Assembly (NCBI GenBank): GCA_016181525.1
Contig: JACOZD010000013.1
Coordinates: forward strand, 5,960-55,005
Direction: 5' to 3'
Source: Candidatus Tayloriibacteriota bacterium
GTDB taxonomy: Bacteria > Patescibacteriota > Minisyncoccia > Phycocordibacterales > JACOZD01
DNA length: 49,046 nucleotides
The notes beneath the pieces are model-generated. The model worked only from the letters and a program-made list of their open reading frames with translations. It did not search any database and was not told the DNA's origin. The position numbers were made by a program, and so were the translations under genes. How positions within the stretch are numbered: the first letter of the stretch is position 1; every line of letters begins with the position of its first letter. Shown here piece after piece: positions 1 through 9,095 of this stretch.

Positions 1-129
1 CACATCAAGAAAGGCCACCGTCATCTCCCCTCCCCTCTCCTCGTTCAGCACCGCGTACCAGATAGAAAAGACAGCTAGGCAGAGAGTAGCCAGAATATAG
101 AGCTTTAAATTTTCCCTCAAACGCCCCAT
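1..129 (-). CDS. 5' end of a membrane-anchored MBL-fold hydrolase (ComEC C-terminal-domain-like); runs off the left edge
   Basis: ATG at 129-127, then 43 open codons to position 1: MGRLRENLKLYILATLCLAVFSIWYAVLNEERGGEMTVAFLDV. This is a TM helix followed by the start of the fLDVGQGD strand that opens ComEC-type metallo-beta-lactamase domains. It is too short for the ORF track. Confidence 0.4.
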   Translation of the reverse strand, partial: MGRLRENLKLYILATLCLAVFSIWYAVLNEERGGEMTVAFLDV

Positions 130-134
130 TAATT

Positions 135-150
135 AATGAATGAATGAATG
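135..150. repeat. (AATG)x4 tetranucleotide microsatellite in the divergent promoter region
   Basis: aatgaatgaatgaatg read directly. It lies immediately upstream of the TATAAT at 152-157. Confidence 0.9.
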
Positions 151-163
151 ATATAATAATCTT

Positions 164-760
164 ATGAAAAAGTTTGAAGAGCAAAAATTCAATATCCCGG
201 AACTCAAAGGCATCTCTAAAAAGAATATCGAGGAGCATCTGAAACTCTACTCCGGCTACGTCAAGCACGCCAACTTGATTCTTGAAAAAATCGAGGAGTA
301 TTCGGCCGATTCGGAGAAGAATGCCTACGCTCTGGGAGAACTCCAGCGGCGTTTTAGTTTTGAGTTTGACGGCATGCGCAATCACGAGTGCTACTTCAGG
401 AGTTTCGAAGGCGGTCCTCATCCCTTGGCTCATAAAAGCCCCCTGGCCAAAGTCATCGAGAGCGACTTTGGTTCATCTGACTCCTGGCTCGCCCGCTTCA
501 AAACTTTGGCCCTCACTCGCGGCATCGGTTGGGCAATGCTCGCCTTCGACCCGGTGTCCAAGAGATTGATTCACGCTTGGGTGGACGAACAGCACCTCGG
601 GCAGCTAAATGGAGCGCCGCTTGTCCTCGGCTTGGACATGTGGGAACACGCCTACGTGGCCGACTACCAGCCGAGCGGCAAGAAGCAGTACGCGGAAGAC
701 TTCTTCGCTAATCTCAATTGGAAAGTGATAGAGGAGAATTTCAAGCAAGCGGCTTCTTGA
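164..760 (+). CDS. Fe/Mn-family superoxide dismutase (sodA/sodB type; metal not distinguishable)
   Basis: DMWEHAY signature. LKLYSGYVKHAN and FNGGGH-like N-terminal region. Length of 198 aa fits the family. Confidence 0.95.
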   Translation: MKKFEEQKFNIPELKGISKKNIEEHLKLYSGYVKHANLILEKIEEYSADSEKNAYALGELQRRFSFEFDGMRNHECYFRSFEGGPHPLAHKSPLAKVIESDFGSSDSWLARFKTLALTRGIGWAMLAFDPVSKRLIHAWVDEQHLGQLNGAPLVLGLDMWEHAYVADYQPSGKKQYAEDFFANLNWKVIEENFKQAAS

Positions 761-2276
761 GCAAGATTCTCTCTATCTCACTCAATATTGTTCTTTCCTC
801 CGCCTCTCTGGCGGCCAGTTTCTTCCGCCAGAGGGCCCGCAGAAAAATAAAGATGAGAGTGTAAACCACCGCCAAGACCGGGGCAGAGATGGTTGCCTCA
901 ACGGCGGCAAAAGGCAGAGAACCGAAGAAGTCAGAAACGGAGAGGATGTAAGACAAAAGCCAGTGAAGAGCGGCGAAAAAGGGCAAGGCCAGAAACTCGG
1001 AGACAAAAGCCAGGAGCGGAGCGGCAAAGGCCAAAAACATGGCGGCCGGCACGAACGGCAAAACCAAAACATTGGCCACGAGACCAAAGAGGGAGGCCTG
1101 CCCGGCGGTGTAGAGAAGGAGCGGCAAGACCATGAGCTGCACAGAGACGGTGGCCACGATAATTTCTCGGAAAAACAACCATCGAATTTTTTTGAATCCC
1201 CCCTCGAGGAGCGGGGCGAGCGCAATTAAGGCCAAAGTAGCCAAGAAACTCAACTGAAACGAGACATCAGACAAAAGAAGGCGCGGGTTAAAGAGGAGCA
1301 TCGAGATTCCCGCCAGCGCCAAAGCTCTGCCGAGGGAGTATCTATGTCCGGCCGTCCTGGCCAGGAGCGCGATGGTGGCCATAATAGCGGCTCTAACAGC
1401 CGTGGCGCTCCCGCCAGAAAGAACAACAAAAAGGATAACCGCTCCGGCCGCGGCAGACCGGGAGAAAAAGGTCGGCAAGAAAAAGAGCGCTCTCATGACA
1501 AAGTAGGCCACAAGCATGATATTGTACCCGGAGAGAACAACGATGTGGATTAGACCCGAACGCCGAAACCCCCTTTCTGTTTTCTCACCGAGCGAGCCGC
1601 CGGCTCCGAGGACAAGACCGCCGGCGAGCGAGGCGTGCGGCTCGCCGAGCGACTCCCTAAGACGAGTGAGAAAGGCGCCCTTGAGCTCGAAAAGTTTCTC
1701 CTTGAGCGCCCCGCCCTTGCCTCGCTCTCGAGTAACAACCCTGGGTTCAAAGATTTGATAATGAATGCCGTCTTTCTCTAAATAGCGCCGATAGCCGCGC
1801 TCCCCGCCGGCGGGCGCCAGTTTCCCCTCAACGATAAGCACGTCTCCGTACTGGACGTCAGTATAGCGCGGCAGATACAGAAGAACTTTGGTCCGGAGAG
1901 AAAAGTCGCCGAGAGTCTCAACTTTCTGCACCTTGAGAACGGCGCGTTTGCCGCCCTCGGTAAACTCCGGCTCTTTGAGCACCTTGCCCGTGAGCTTGAC
2001 TTCCTGTCTCAAAAAACCGTCGAGTGACCGAATATCGCTCCGGATAGTTTTCTCCATCCTTCCCGCTCCCAGACCGACAAAGACAAGATAGACGGCCAAC
2101 GCCAAAACCAAACCGCTGCCTCGAAAACTGAATCTCCAAAGAAAATAAATGACCTCGCCGACCAAAACGAGGAGGAAGACGAAAGAGTAGCCGAAGGAAA
2201 CGGCCGAGTAGAGAGAGGCGCCGGAGGCGAAGCCGGCCGCCGCCGACCAAAACAAAAAACTTTTCAAACTCCCCAC
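741..2276 (-). CDS. comEC: ComEC/Rec2 DNA-uptake channel protein lacking the C-terminal MBL domain
   Basis: N-terminal TM helices, an OB-like DUF4131 region (KVLKEPEFTEGGKRAVLKV...GDVLIVEGKL) and a polytopic competence domain. GTG start overlaps the rnhA stop. The 511 aa end after the last TM helices. Confidence 0.8.
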   Translation of the reverse strand: MGSLKSFLFWSAAAGFASGASLYSAVSFGYSFVFLLVLVGEVIYFLWRFSFRGSGLVLALAVYLVFVGLGAGRMEKTIRSDIRSLDGFLRQEVKLTGKVLKEPEFTEGGKRAVLKVQKVETLGDFSLRTKVLLYLPRYTDVQYGDVLIVEGKLAPAGGERGYRRYLEKDGIHYQIFEPRVVTRERGKGGALKEKLFELKGAFLTRLRESLGEPHASLAGGLVLGAGGSLGEKTERGFRRSGLIHIVVLSGYNIMLVAYFVMRALFFLPTFFSRSAAAGAVILFVVLSGGSATAVRAAIMATIALLARTAGHRYSLGRALALAGISMLLFNPRLLLSDVSFQLSFLATLALIALAPLLEGGFKKIRWLFFREIIVATVSVQLMVLPLLLYTAGQASLFGLVANVLVLPFVPAAMFLAFAAPLLAFVSEFLALPFFAALHWLLSYILSVSDFFGSLPFAAVEATISAPVLAVVYTLIFIFLRALWRKKLAAREAEERTILSEIERILLKKPLA

Positions 2277-3019
2277 GCTTTTTTTATTTTCTCAACATCC
2301 TCCGCCGTCTCTGCTCGTCTGTATTTGGCGCCCTTTTTACCTTTAACTCTCTTCTCACACTCTGCCCAGGTCCCGTGAGTCACGAAAACCCCGTCAGCCA
2401 AACTAAGATAAGCATACGCCTGACCGCCTCGGCGAGCTTTTCTGGCAACTTGAACGTCATTCTGCCCCAAGTCAAGAATATTGATGGAGTAACTTTCTGC
2501 CGGACCGGAGTAGAGAGAGAGCTTTTCTCCATCGGCAAAAGCGGCGGCAATCCGGTCGCAACGCTCATTGCCGGCGACACCGGCGTGTCCGCCGACATAC
2601 TGCCAGTCAATCTCGAAATTCGCCGTCAGGACCAGAAGCTGCTCCCACAAATCTCGGTTCATCACTTCCTCTTTGGCGGCCGTCCGCCAGCCCTCTCTCC
2701 GCCAAGCCGGGAGCCACTTGGTGATGCCGTTTATGAGATACTTAGAATCCGCGTAAGCTGTCAGCTTTAAGCTGTTAGATTCAAGATTTAAGCTACTTAA
2801 ATACTCTAAAGCTTTAATTGCGGCGGTTAATTCCATTCTGTTGTTTGTGGTATTTATTTCTCTCCCTCCTAATTCTGCAATTTTGATTTTTGATTTTTGA
2901 TTTTTAAAATTTTTAAACTCGGCATTATCGCCTACGGCGATAATGCCGCCCCATCCTCCCGGCCCCGGGTTGCCCCTCGCCGCCCCGTCCGTAAAAATTA
3001 TCACCTTCTCCAACCTCAT
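2264..3019 (-). CDS. rnhA: Ribonuclease HI with a C-terminal hybrid-binding (Cauli_VI-like) domain
   Basis: FTDGAARGNPGPGGWG, TTNNRMEL, ADSKY and GHAGVAGNERCD motifs. The C-terminus is AYAYLSLADGVFVTHGTWAECEKRVKGKKGAKYRRAETAED. Start moved to the ATG at 3019 (MRLEKV); the longer track ORF reads through the IS palindrome. Confidence 0.9.
   Translation of the reverse strand: MRLEKVIIFTDGAARGNPGPGGWGGIIAVGDNAEFKNFKNQKSKIKIAELGGREINTTNNRMELTAAIKALEYLSSLNLESNSLKLTAYADSKYLINGITKWLPAWRREGWRTAAKEEVMNRDLWEQLLVLTANFEIDWQYVGGHAGVAGNERCDRIAAAFADGEKLSLYSGPAESYSINILDLGQNDVQVARKARRGGQAYAYLSLADGVFVTHGTWAECEKRVKGKKGAKYRRAETAEDVEKIKKAWGV
2881..2907. repeat. 7-nt tandem repeat (TTTTTGA, about 3.6 copies) inside rnhA
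   Basis: ttttga tttttga tttttga ttttta read directly. It encodes the low-complexity insert FKNFKNQKSKIKI between conserved RNase H strands. Confidence 0.85.
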
Positions 3020-3684
3020 ATCTCCTCCCAAGGACCGTCCTTGGAAATAATCCAATCGTTTAAGTATGTTGTAAAGTCCTTCGGAGTATTAAAGTACGCC
3101 GGAAAAGCTTCTTTGTTCAAAATTTTTCTCTCCTGTCTCACACCCTCAGTATAATCCGAGTAACTTGAAAAAGGGTATTCCTCCAAAAGCCTTCGGGCGT
3201 TTGATAAATTACTTATACCCTCTTCCTTCCAATGCGGTTCAATCATTTTTATTGGATTTAGATGAATATAGCAAAACAGATATTTTAAATATTCGTCCTT
3301 ATCGACATGAGATGATTTGAATCTACTTTCAAATAGAATCCCTGTTCGCTGGTACTTTTTGTTAAAATACATCGAGTATGCAGTAAGCAGTTTTTTCATG
3401 AATCTAGTGATACCACAGTCTTTCTTTTCGCGAATCAGAATATGAAAATGATTTGTCATAAGACAATAGCAACCTATATCGGCCAGAGATTCTCCGTGGT
3501 CAAATTCAAAAGTTATCCGCGCTGAGATTCCCTTAAAAATCAGTGGATTCTCTCCATTACATAAATAGAGTAACCTTACGAAACGATTATAGTCAGATCC
3601 ATCAATGAAAATAGTTCTTTTGTCACTACCACGACTGTACAAATGATAATATTCGCCGGGGGCAAAAACCGTTTTTCGAATCAT
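3016..3684 (-). CDS. HUH/Y1 tyrosine transposase, IS200-like / REP-associated (RAYT) family
   Basis: HUH motif in CYCLMTNHFHILI, catalytic Tyr context CYIHLNPIK, and GEYYHLYSRG at the N-terminus. The stop overlaps the rnhA ATG (ATGA). Confidence 0.85.
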   Translation of the reverse strand: MIRKTVFAPGEYYHLYSRGSDKRTIFIDGSDYNRFVRLLYLCNGENPLIFKGISARITFEFDHGESLADIGCYCLMTNHFHILIREKKDCGITRFMKKLLTAYSMYFNKKYQRTGILFESRFKSSHVDKDEYLKYLFCYIHLNPIKMIEPHWKEEGISNLSNARRLLEEYPFSSYSDYTEGVRQERKILNKEAFPAYFNTPKDFTTYLNDWIISKDGPWEEI

Positions 3685-3720
3685 ACTCTAAATTTACCAT
3701 CCAAGGACCGTCCTTGGAAA
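3028..3720 (-). mobile_element. IS200/IS605-type (RAYT-like) element: Y1 transposase bounded by identical 20-bp palindrome-containing repeats
   Basis: ccaaggaccgtccttggaaa occurs at 3028-3047 and again at 3701-3720 (8-bp arms around one central base). The interior is visibly AT-rich compared with the flanking recJ and rnhA. Confidence 0.7.
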
Positions 3721-3722
3721 GA

Positions 3723-5474
3723 TTAAAATAAGATATCAACAATGCGCAAACGAAGACCGCCGGAACCGAAGGTGGATTTTTCCAGGGTACCGACGAGGTC
3801 GACAGTGCTTCGACCAAGCAGTTTCTCCTCCAGCTCGGGACTGTATTTGAAGAAACCAATGGCAGAAATTTTTTTGCCGCTCTCACCGGCCAGAACCAAC
3901 TCCAGGTGATTTTTCTCTTTGCCGAAGCGCTTGATTTGGAGCGCTCTCGCACCCGAGATTAAAAATAGAGGCTTCGGGTTGCCCACGCCGAAAGGCGAGA
4001 ACTTGCCAATGTGGCCATAAAGCTCCCCGTCAATATCCTCAACGCGAAAAACTTTATCAATCTCAAACTGCTCGGGGGCATTTGAGTCTGCTTGGCTGAA
4101 TCTACTGTAAACCCTTTCCAGCTCCGCCTCAAGAACATGAACCCCTTCGTGTGAGATGGTAAAACCGCCGGAGAGGGCGTGACCGCCGAACTCGATAAAG
4201 ACATCTTGGGTCGAGCGCATGATAGAAACCACATCCGCGCCAGCCGGAGCCCGGCACGAACCGCGCAGTATCTTGGCTCCGTCCCGACCCCAAAGAAAGA
4301 CCGGTCTGCCTGTCTCGGCCACGAGCGAGTTGGCGGCCAAGCCGAGGAGCGACGGCCGCCAAGCGGGATTGCCAAGAACGATGACCTTCTTCCCTCTGGC
4401 GCCCCCTCTCTCGGAGACCACTTTTTTTATCTCCCGCGTCAGCGCCCCAACCGCGCCTTTTCGCTCATTATTTACTCGCTCCAACTCGTTTGAGAAATGC
4501 TCCGCCTCCTCTTCGCTCTCGGCCGAAAGGAGCTTGAAAGCATCCATGGAAACACCCATCCTCGAGGCGGCGTTGAGTCTCGGGGTGAGACTCCAAACCA
4601 CATCGTCCTCGGTTATAAATTTCTGACGAATGTTAAGTCTCTCAAAAAGTTTCACCAGACCAAGCCGAGGCGACTTACGCAGGACCAAGAGCCCGTAGGC
4701 AGCCAAAATTCTGTTCTCGCCGAGAAGAGGCACCATGTCGGAGAGGGTGGCGATAGCCACCAGGTCAAGAAGCCACTTTTCCCAACCAACGGGAATAGAA
4801 TTTAGGAGGTGAGGTTTAGGATGGAAGGAAGAATCGGCGGATATCTCGCGGAGGCGCCGGAGAGCGGCTTGAACGAGCTTCCAGGCCACAGCCGCCCCGC
4901 AAATATTCTTGTCGGGATAAGCGCAATCTTTCTGTCTCGGATTGATGATAGCCGAAGCGGCAGGCAGGACTTCGGCCGGCAGGTGATGGTCGGTGATGAT
5001 GCACTCCATTCCAAGCTCCTTAGCCCGAGAAACCTCCTCGACGTCAGATATACCGCAGTCCACGGTGATAATCAGTCTGGCGCCTTCTTTAGCCAACTCC
5101 TCCAAGCCCTCGGCATTCAAGCCAAAACCCTGCTCGTGCCTCTCCGGGATGTAGTTGGAGAAGTTTTGGTAGCCGATTTTTTTGAAGAAATCATGAAGAA
5201 TCACTCCGCCCGGGCCGCCGTCGGCGTCGTAGTCGCTCCAGACAGCGATGCGTTCGCCCGCTCGAAGAGCCCCGATGATTCTCTCTGTCGCCGGCTCCAT
5301 TCCTTTGAGAAGAAAAGGGTCATGGAGCCGGCGGTAATCTGGGTTGAAAAACTCCTCCGCCTCGGTAACCGTCCGTAAATCTCGGGAGAGAAGGAGGTCT
5401 CTGACCAGTTCCGGATAAAGCTCGAACCCTTCAGGGCACTCTCCTGCCTTCGGGCGACTCTTATAGATTTTCAT
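3723..5474 (-). CDS. recJ: Single-stranded-DNA-specific exonuclease RecJ
   Basis: DHH-family motifs (VWSDYDADG, TVDCG, ITDHH) and a DHHA1-like GGHALSGG. Confidence 0.95.
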   Translation of the reverse strand: MKIYKSRPKAGECPEGFELYPELVRDLLLSRDLRTVTEAEEFFNPDYRRLHDPFLLKGMEPATERIIGALRAGERIAVWSDYDADGGPGGVILHDFFKKIGYQNFSNYIPERHEQGFGLNAEGLEELAKEGARLIITVDCGISDVEEVSRAKELGMECIITDHHLPAEVLPAASAIINPRQKDCAYPDKNICGAAVAWKLVQAALRRLREISADSSFHPKPHLLNSIPVGWEKWLLDLVAIATLSDMVPLLGENRILAAYGLLVLRKSPRLGLVKLFERLNIRQKFITEDDVVWSLTPRLNAASRMGVSMDAFKLLSAESEEEAEHFSNELERVNNERKGAVGALTREIKKVVSERGGARGKKVIVLGNPAWRPSLLGLAANSLVAETGRPVFLWGRDGAKILRGSCRAPAGADVVSIMRSTQDVFIEFGGHALSGGFTISHEGVHVLEAELERVYSRFSQADSNAPEQFEIDKVFRVEDIDGELYGHIGKFSPFGVGNPKPLFLISGARALQIKRFGKEKNHLELVLAGESGKKISAIGFFKYSPELEEKLLGRSTVDLVGTLEKSTFGSGGLRLRIVDILF

Positions 5475-5497
5475 CTAAAATATTGTAGCATTACCTT

Positions 5498-5866
5498 ATG
5501 GCAAAGAGAGACTGCATCTTCTGTAAAATAGTGGCCGGAGAGAGTTCGACTCACAAAGTTTACGAGGACAAGGACTTTTTGGCCTTTCTTGATATTCGGC
5601 CGCTCTCGCCGGGCCACACTTTGGTCATACCTAAGGAGCATTACCGATGGGTCTGGGATGTGCCGAAGGTCGGGAAATATTTCGAAGCGGTTCGGAAGCT
5701 TGCGCTGGCTTTAAAGAAAGCTTTCGGCACAGACTTCGTGCTGGCGAAGGTTGTGGGAGATGAGATTGAACACGCTCATATCTGGGTTTTTCCAACATCC
5801 GAAATCCCCGGCGACAAAAACGACCTGGCCGGCAATGCTGAAAAGATTAGAGAGGCCTTAGGATAA
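5498..5866 (+). CDS. HIT-family (histidine triad) nucleotide hydrolase
   Basis: CIFCKI N-terminus, PLSPGHTLVIPKEH, and the histidine triad variant HAHIWVFP. Confidence 0.9.
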   Translation: MAKRDCIFCKIVAGESSTHKVYEDKDFLAFLDIRPLSPGHTLVIPKEHYRWVWDVPKVGKYFEAVRKLALALKKAFGTDFVLAKVVGDEIEHAHIWVFPTSEIPGDKNDLAGNAEKIREALG

Positions 5867-7015
5867 ATGAAAATTCCTCTTAAGGGCTTCGATTCCCGGA
5901 AGGGTGCCTTTGGCGAGAAATTCTAACATCGCTCCGCCGCCGGTGGAGACAAATTTAAACCTCGGCAGGAGACCGAGTCTGGAGATGATGGCCACAGTAT
6001 CCCCTCCGCCGACGACGGTCTCCGCTCCGCCGTAAGCGAGAACCGAGGCCAGTTTCTCGCTGCCGGCGCTGTCGCCATCCTCATAACTCCCCAGGGGGCC
6101 ATTCCAGAGAATATAGAGTGTTCGTCTAACCTCCTCCTCGAGGAGCTTGAGCGTCTGCGGTCCGGCGTCAACGATTTCCTCGTTCCGGCCGACCTCGCTC
6201 GACCGTCGAACGGCCCGGCCGTTCTCCGTCCCCACCACCACGTCGACAGGCAAGATGATTTTCGGGCTTTCCAGAAGTCTTTTGCTAAGACCGCCGCTCG
6301 AGCAGGCGGAGCGGCCAATCTCCAACCCTTTGGCCTTAAAAAAGTCGTTGGCCAGAACTCCGCCCACGAAAATTTTGCCCGCTCGGTCCAGAAATTTTTC
6401 GGCGAGAGGAATCTTAGTGGCCGGCTTCCCCCCAGCGAAGATAAAAAGAGAAGCGGTGGGAGGATGGAAAGAACGGGAAAGTTCTTGTATCTCTTTCTCA
6501 AAGAGCGTTCCGGCGGCCGAGGGGAGAAATCGCGGCAAGCCGACAATGGAGGCGTGCGGACGATGGGAAACAGAAAAAGCGTCGTTAACATAAAACTCCC
6601 CGAGCTCGGAGAGTGATTCGGCAAACCGACGACTGCCCGCCGCCTCCCCGGCGTAGAGCCGCAGATTCTCGAAGAGCAAAAGCCCTCCCGGAGAGAGGTC
6701 GGTCAGGCGCCGCTTGGCCGAGAGAGCCAGGGCGTCACCCGCGAACCTGACCGGCACCTCGGGTGGGAAGGCGACGGTCACCGCCTCGAGCGAGTCCGTC
6801 TCGCGGCTCTCTATATGCGAGATAATGGCCGTCTTGGCCCCTATGTTGTGCAGGAGCTCCAAGGTCGGCAGGGCCTTCTCAATCCGAAAACTGTCCGCCA
6901 CCTTTCCGTTCTCAAACGGCACATTAAGGTCGAGTCGGAGCACCACCCTCCGGCCAGAGAGATTAGGCAGGTCTCTCAAAGTTCTCAAAGCAAAAATCTC
7001 TTTGCCTAGGGCCAT
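5858..7015 (-). CDS. pgk: Phosphoglycerate kinase
   Basis: RLDLNVP, YVNDAFSVSHR, GGGDTVA and STGGGAMLEFL motifs. Confidence 0.95.
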   Translation of the reverse strand: MALGKEIFALRTLRDLPNLSGRRVVLRLDLNVPFENGKVADSFRIEKALPTLELLHNIGAKTAIISHIESRETDSLEAVTVAFPPEVPVRFAGDALALSAKRRLTDLSPGGLLLFENLRLYAGEAAGSRRFAESLSELGEFYVNDAFSVSHRPHASIVGLPRFLPSAAGTLFEKEIQELSRSFHPPTASLFIFAGGKPATKIPLAEKFLDRAGKIFVGGVLANDFFKAKGLEIGRSACSSGGLSKRLLESPKIILPVDVVVGTENGRAVRRSSEVGRNEEIVDAGPQTLKLLEEEVRRTLYILWNGPLGSYEDGDSAGSEKLASVLAYGGAETVVGGGDTVAIISRLGLLPRFKFVSTGGGAMLEFLAKGTLPGIEALKRNFHLS

Positions 7016-7018
7016 AAA

Positions 7019-7813
7019 TTAAGAAACGTCGAGAATCGCTTGAATCTCGGCAAATTCCTCCATTCTCAAGCTCTCCCGTCCCACCAAAAATCCCCCTACC
7101 CCGGCCGCGAGCAGGGCGGCGGCATTCGGCGGCGCCACCGAGCCGCCGTAAAGGACGGTGGGAGTGTTAAGCGAGTTCTCTCCTTTCTTTTGGGCGCGCG
7201 TATAGAGGTCAGAGAGCACCCGGCGAGTGAAAATGACCATCTCGGTTACATCATCCGGCTTGGCCGCCTCGTCAGCCCTTTTGCCGATGGCGAAGACCGG
7301 CTCGTAAGCGATGACAACCTTGGCCGCCTCCCGAGCCGATAAACCCTGAAGACCTTTCTCGATTTGGTTTTTGACGAAAGAGAGATAAAGACCCTCGCCG
7401 TCTCTCGCCTCCTCACCGACGCAAAGAATCGGGGTGAGCGAGAACTCCAAGGCGGCGCGCAGTTTGATGTTCACCGTCTCGTCACTCTCGCCTTTTTTCC
7501 GTCTTTCGGAGTGGCCGATGATAAGATATTCGGCCCCGGCGTCCCGAATCATCTCCATGCTTATCTCTCCGGTATGATTGGTCCGGCCGGCGTCGTAAAA
7601 GGCGTTCTGGGCGCCGAGAGAAAGGTTGCCGTCCTCCGGCCGGAGCAACCTGCCGAGCGGCTGGAGAAAGATGGCCGGCGGGCAGATTACTGTCTCTACG
7701 TTCCTGACCTTAGCGCCGGCGCGCCTAACCGCCAAAAAAATCTCCCTGGCCTTCTCCAAACTCCCCGGATTCATCTTCCAATTAGCCACCAGCATTTTCT
7801 TTTTTTTCGACAT
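7019..7813 (-). CDS. tpiA: Triosephosphate isomerase
   Basis: ANWKMN, IIGHSERR, AYEPVFAIG and LYGGSV motifs. Confidence 0.95.
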   Translation of the reverse strand: MSKKKKMLVANWKMNPGSLEKAREIFLAVRRAGAKVRNVETVICPPAIFLQPLGRLLRPEDGNLSLGAQNAFYDAGRTNHTGEISMEMIRDAGAEYLIIGHSERRKKGESDETVNIKLRAALEFSLTPILCVGEEARDGEGLYLSFVKNQIEKGLQGLSAREAAKVVIAYEPVFAIGKRADEAAKPDDVTEMVIFTRRVLSDLYTRAQKKGENSLNTPTVLYGGSVAPPNAAALLAAGVGGFLVGRESLRMEEFAEIQAILDVS

Positions 7814-7820
7814 ATCCCTA

Positions 7821-9095
7821 TTATATCTCCCCCCAGCTCCCGAACTTGTAGCCGCCGCCGGGGCCGCTGGTGAAGATAACGTTGGTCAAGCCCGTGGCGT
7901 AAACAACCTCGGTGGAGTTCTTAAGCGTCAGTTTGTAGCCGGACACCTCGCGCACGCTCGAGCTTTGCTCGAGCACAATTTCGCCGTGGCCGGCGTAAAT
8001 TAAGGCATCACCGGTCGAGGACTGATTGGAGGTGATAGCGGGGACAGCGCCGCCGCTCTCGGCGCTCTTGTTTTGGGAGAGGACGAGGATGTAGGAGTTC
8101 TCCTCGCCGGAGCCCTCGAAGGCTGTGGAGTTTTGGACGCTTATCTTGCTGCCGTTTAACTGGTCGGAGGGCTTGTCGGCAATGATGGTCAAGGATTTCT
8201 GACCGACAGCGGGGTCAATTCTGATAGTGTTGTTGTTGCGGATGGTGATGTCGCCGAGGACCCAGACGTGGCCTTGGAGAGTGACGGTAACATTACCGCT
8301 TATCTCCAAATCACACTGAATCTTAACCGGCCCGAGGTTGCCCGAAGTGTTAATCTTGTGGAGATTATCCGGGCAGTTGGAGATAACCGTCGAGGTGGCC
8401 AGGTTCTCCCAAAAGGCCACCTTCTCGTCGGTGATGGAGAGAGAGGAGGTGGCCAGGTCGGGGCTATTTGGGAAGAGAACACCTCCGACGGTGGTGTTAG
8501 AGATAATCTCATAGTGGGCATCCTTATCAATGGTGGAATTCTTGATGGTGTGAGCGAAAGCGCTGCCGGTGGCGTGAACACCGTCAATAAGCCCGCCCGG
8601 CCCGGCCGAGACGATGTCGCCTTTGATGAGGTTGGAGTTGGCGCCGGTGACGGGGCCATTGGCAAAGGCGTTGCCTTTGATGCTTGAATTGTTCATCATT
8701 GAGAGTCCGCCGGTGTGGGCCTGAACGGCATAGAAAAAGGAGGCGCCGCCGGTGATGTCGAGCTTGAACTTGAGTTTGCGAATTGACTCTCTGACATCAG
8801 CCACGACCACCACCTCTTTGGCCTCGAAAAGCTCATTCAGGGAGATGGAGGCGGTGTTGCCGTCGAGAGTGAGAGTGTAAGAGTCCGGCACATCTTTGCC
8901 GTGCTTCAAGCGATAAACGGCATCCTCGGCCGCCGACTCGGCCAAGGCAAAACTCTGGCGCGATTCGAGAAAGAAACGAACGGCGGCCGTGTGACGCAGG
9001 ACCGGGATAGCCACTGCCCCAATGACACCCGAGGCGATAAAAACAAAAAGAATGACGGTGATGAGAATGGCTTGCCCCTTATTTTTATTTTTCAT
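7821..9095 (-). CDS. PilX-like pilus-associated protein with a large beta-helix-like C-terminal domain
   Basis: Start moved to the ATG at 9095 (MKNKNKGQAILITVILFVFIASGVIGAV, a PilX_N-like anchor). The upstream part of the track ORF overlaps the preceding gene. The rest of the protein is rich in N/G/S/T repeats. It is the last gene of the pilin operon. Confidence 0.6.
   Translation of the reverse strand: MKNKNKGQAILITVILFVFIASGVIGAVAIPVLRHTAAVRFFLESRQSFALAESAAEDAVYRLKHGKDVPDSYTLTLDGNTASISLNELFEAKEVVVVADVRESIRKLKFKLDITGGASFFYAVQAHTGGLSMMNNSSIKGNAFANGPVTGANSNLIKGDIVSAGPGGLIDGVHATGSAFAHTIKNSTIDKDAHYEIISNTTVGGVLFPNSPDLATSSLSITDEKVAFWENLATSTVISNCPDNLHKINTSGNLGPVKIQCDLEISGNVTVTLQGHVWVLGDITIRNNNTIRIDPAVGQKSLTIIADKPSDQLNGSKISVQNSTAFEGSGEENSYILVLSQNKSAESGGAVPAITSNQSSTGDALIYAGHGEIVLEQSSSVREVSGYKLTLKNSTEVVYATGLTNVIFTSGPGGGYKFGSWGEI

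Noticed and set aside
5-433. 142-aa minus-strand ORF overlapping the superoxide dismutase gene
   Set aside because: It is antisense to a clearly real gene and shows no recognisable motifs. Only its last 43 codons' worth of DNA is coding, and in a different frame (the 1-129 partial gene).
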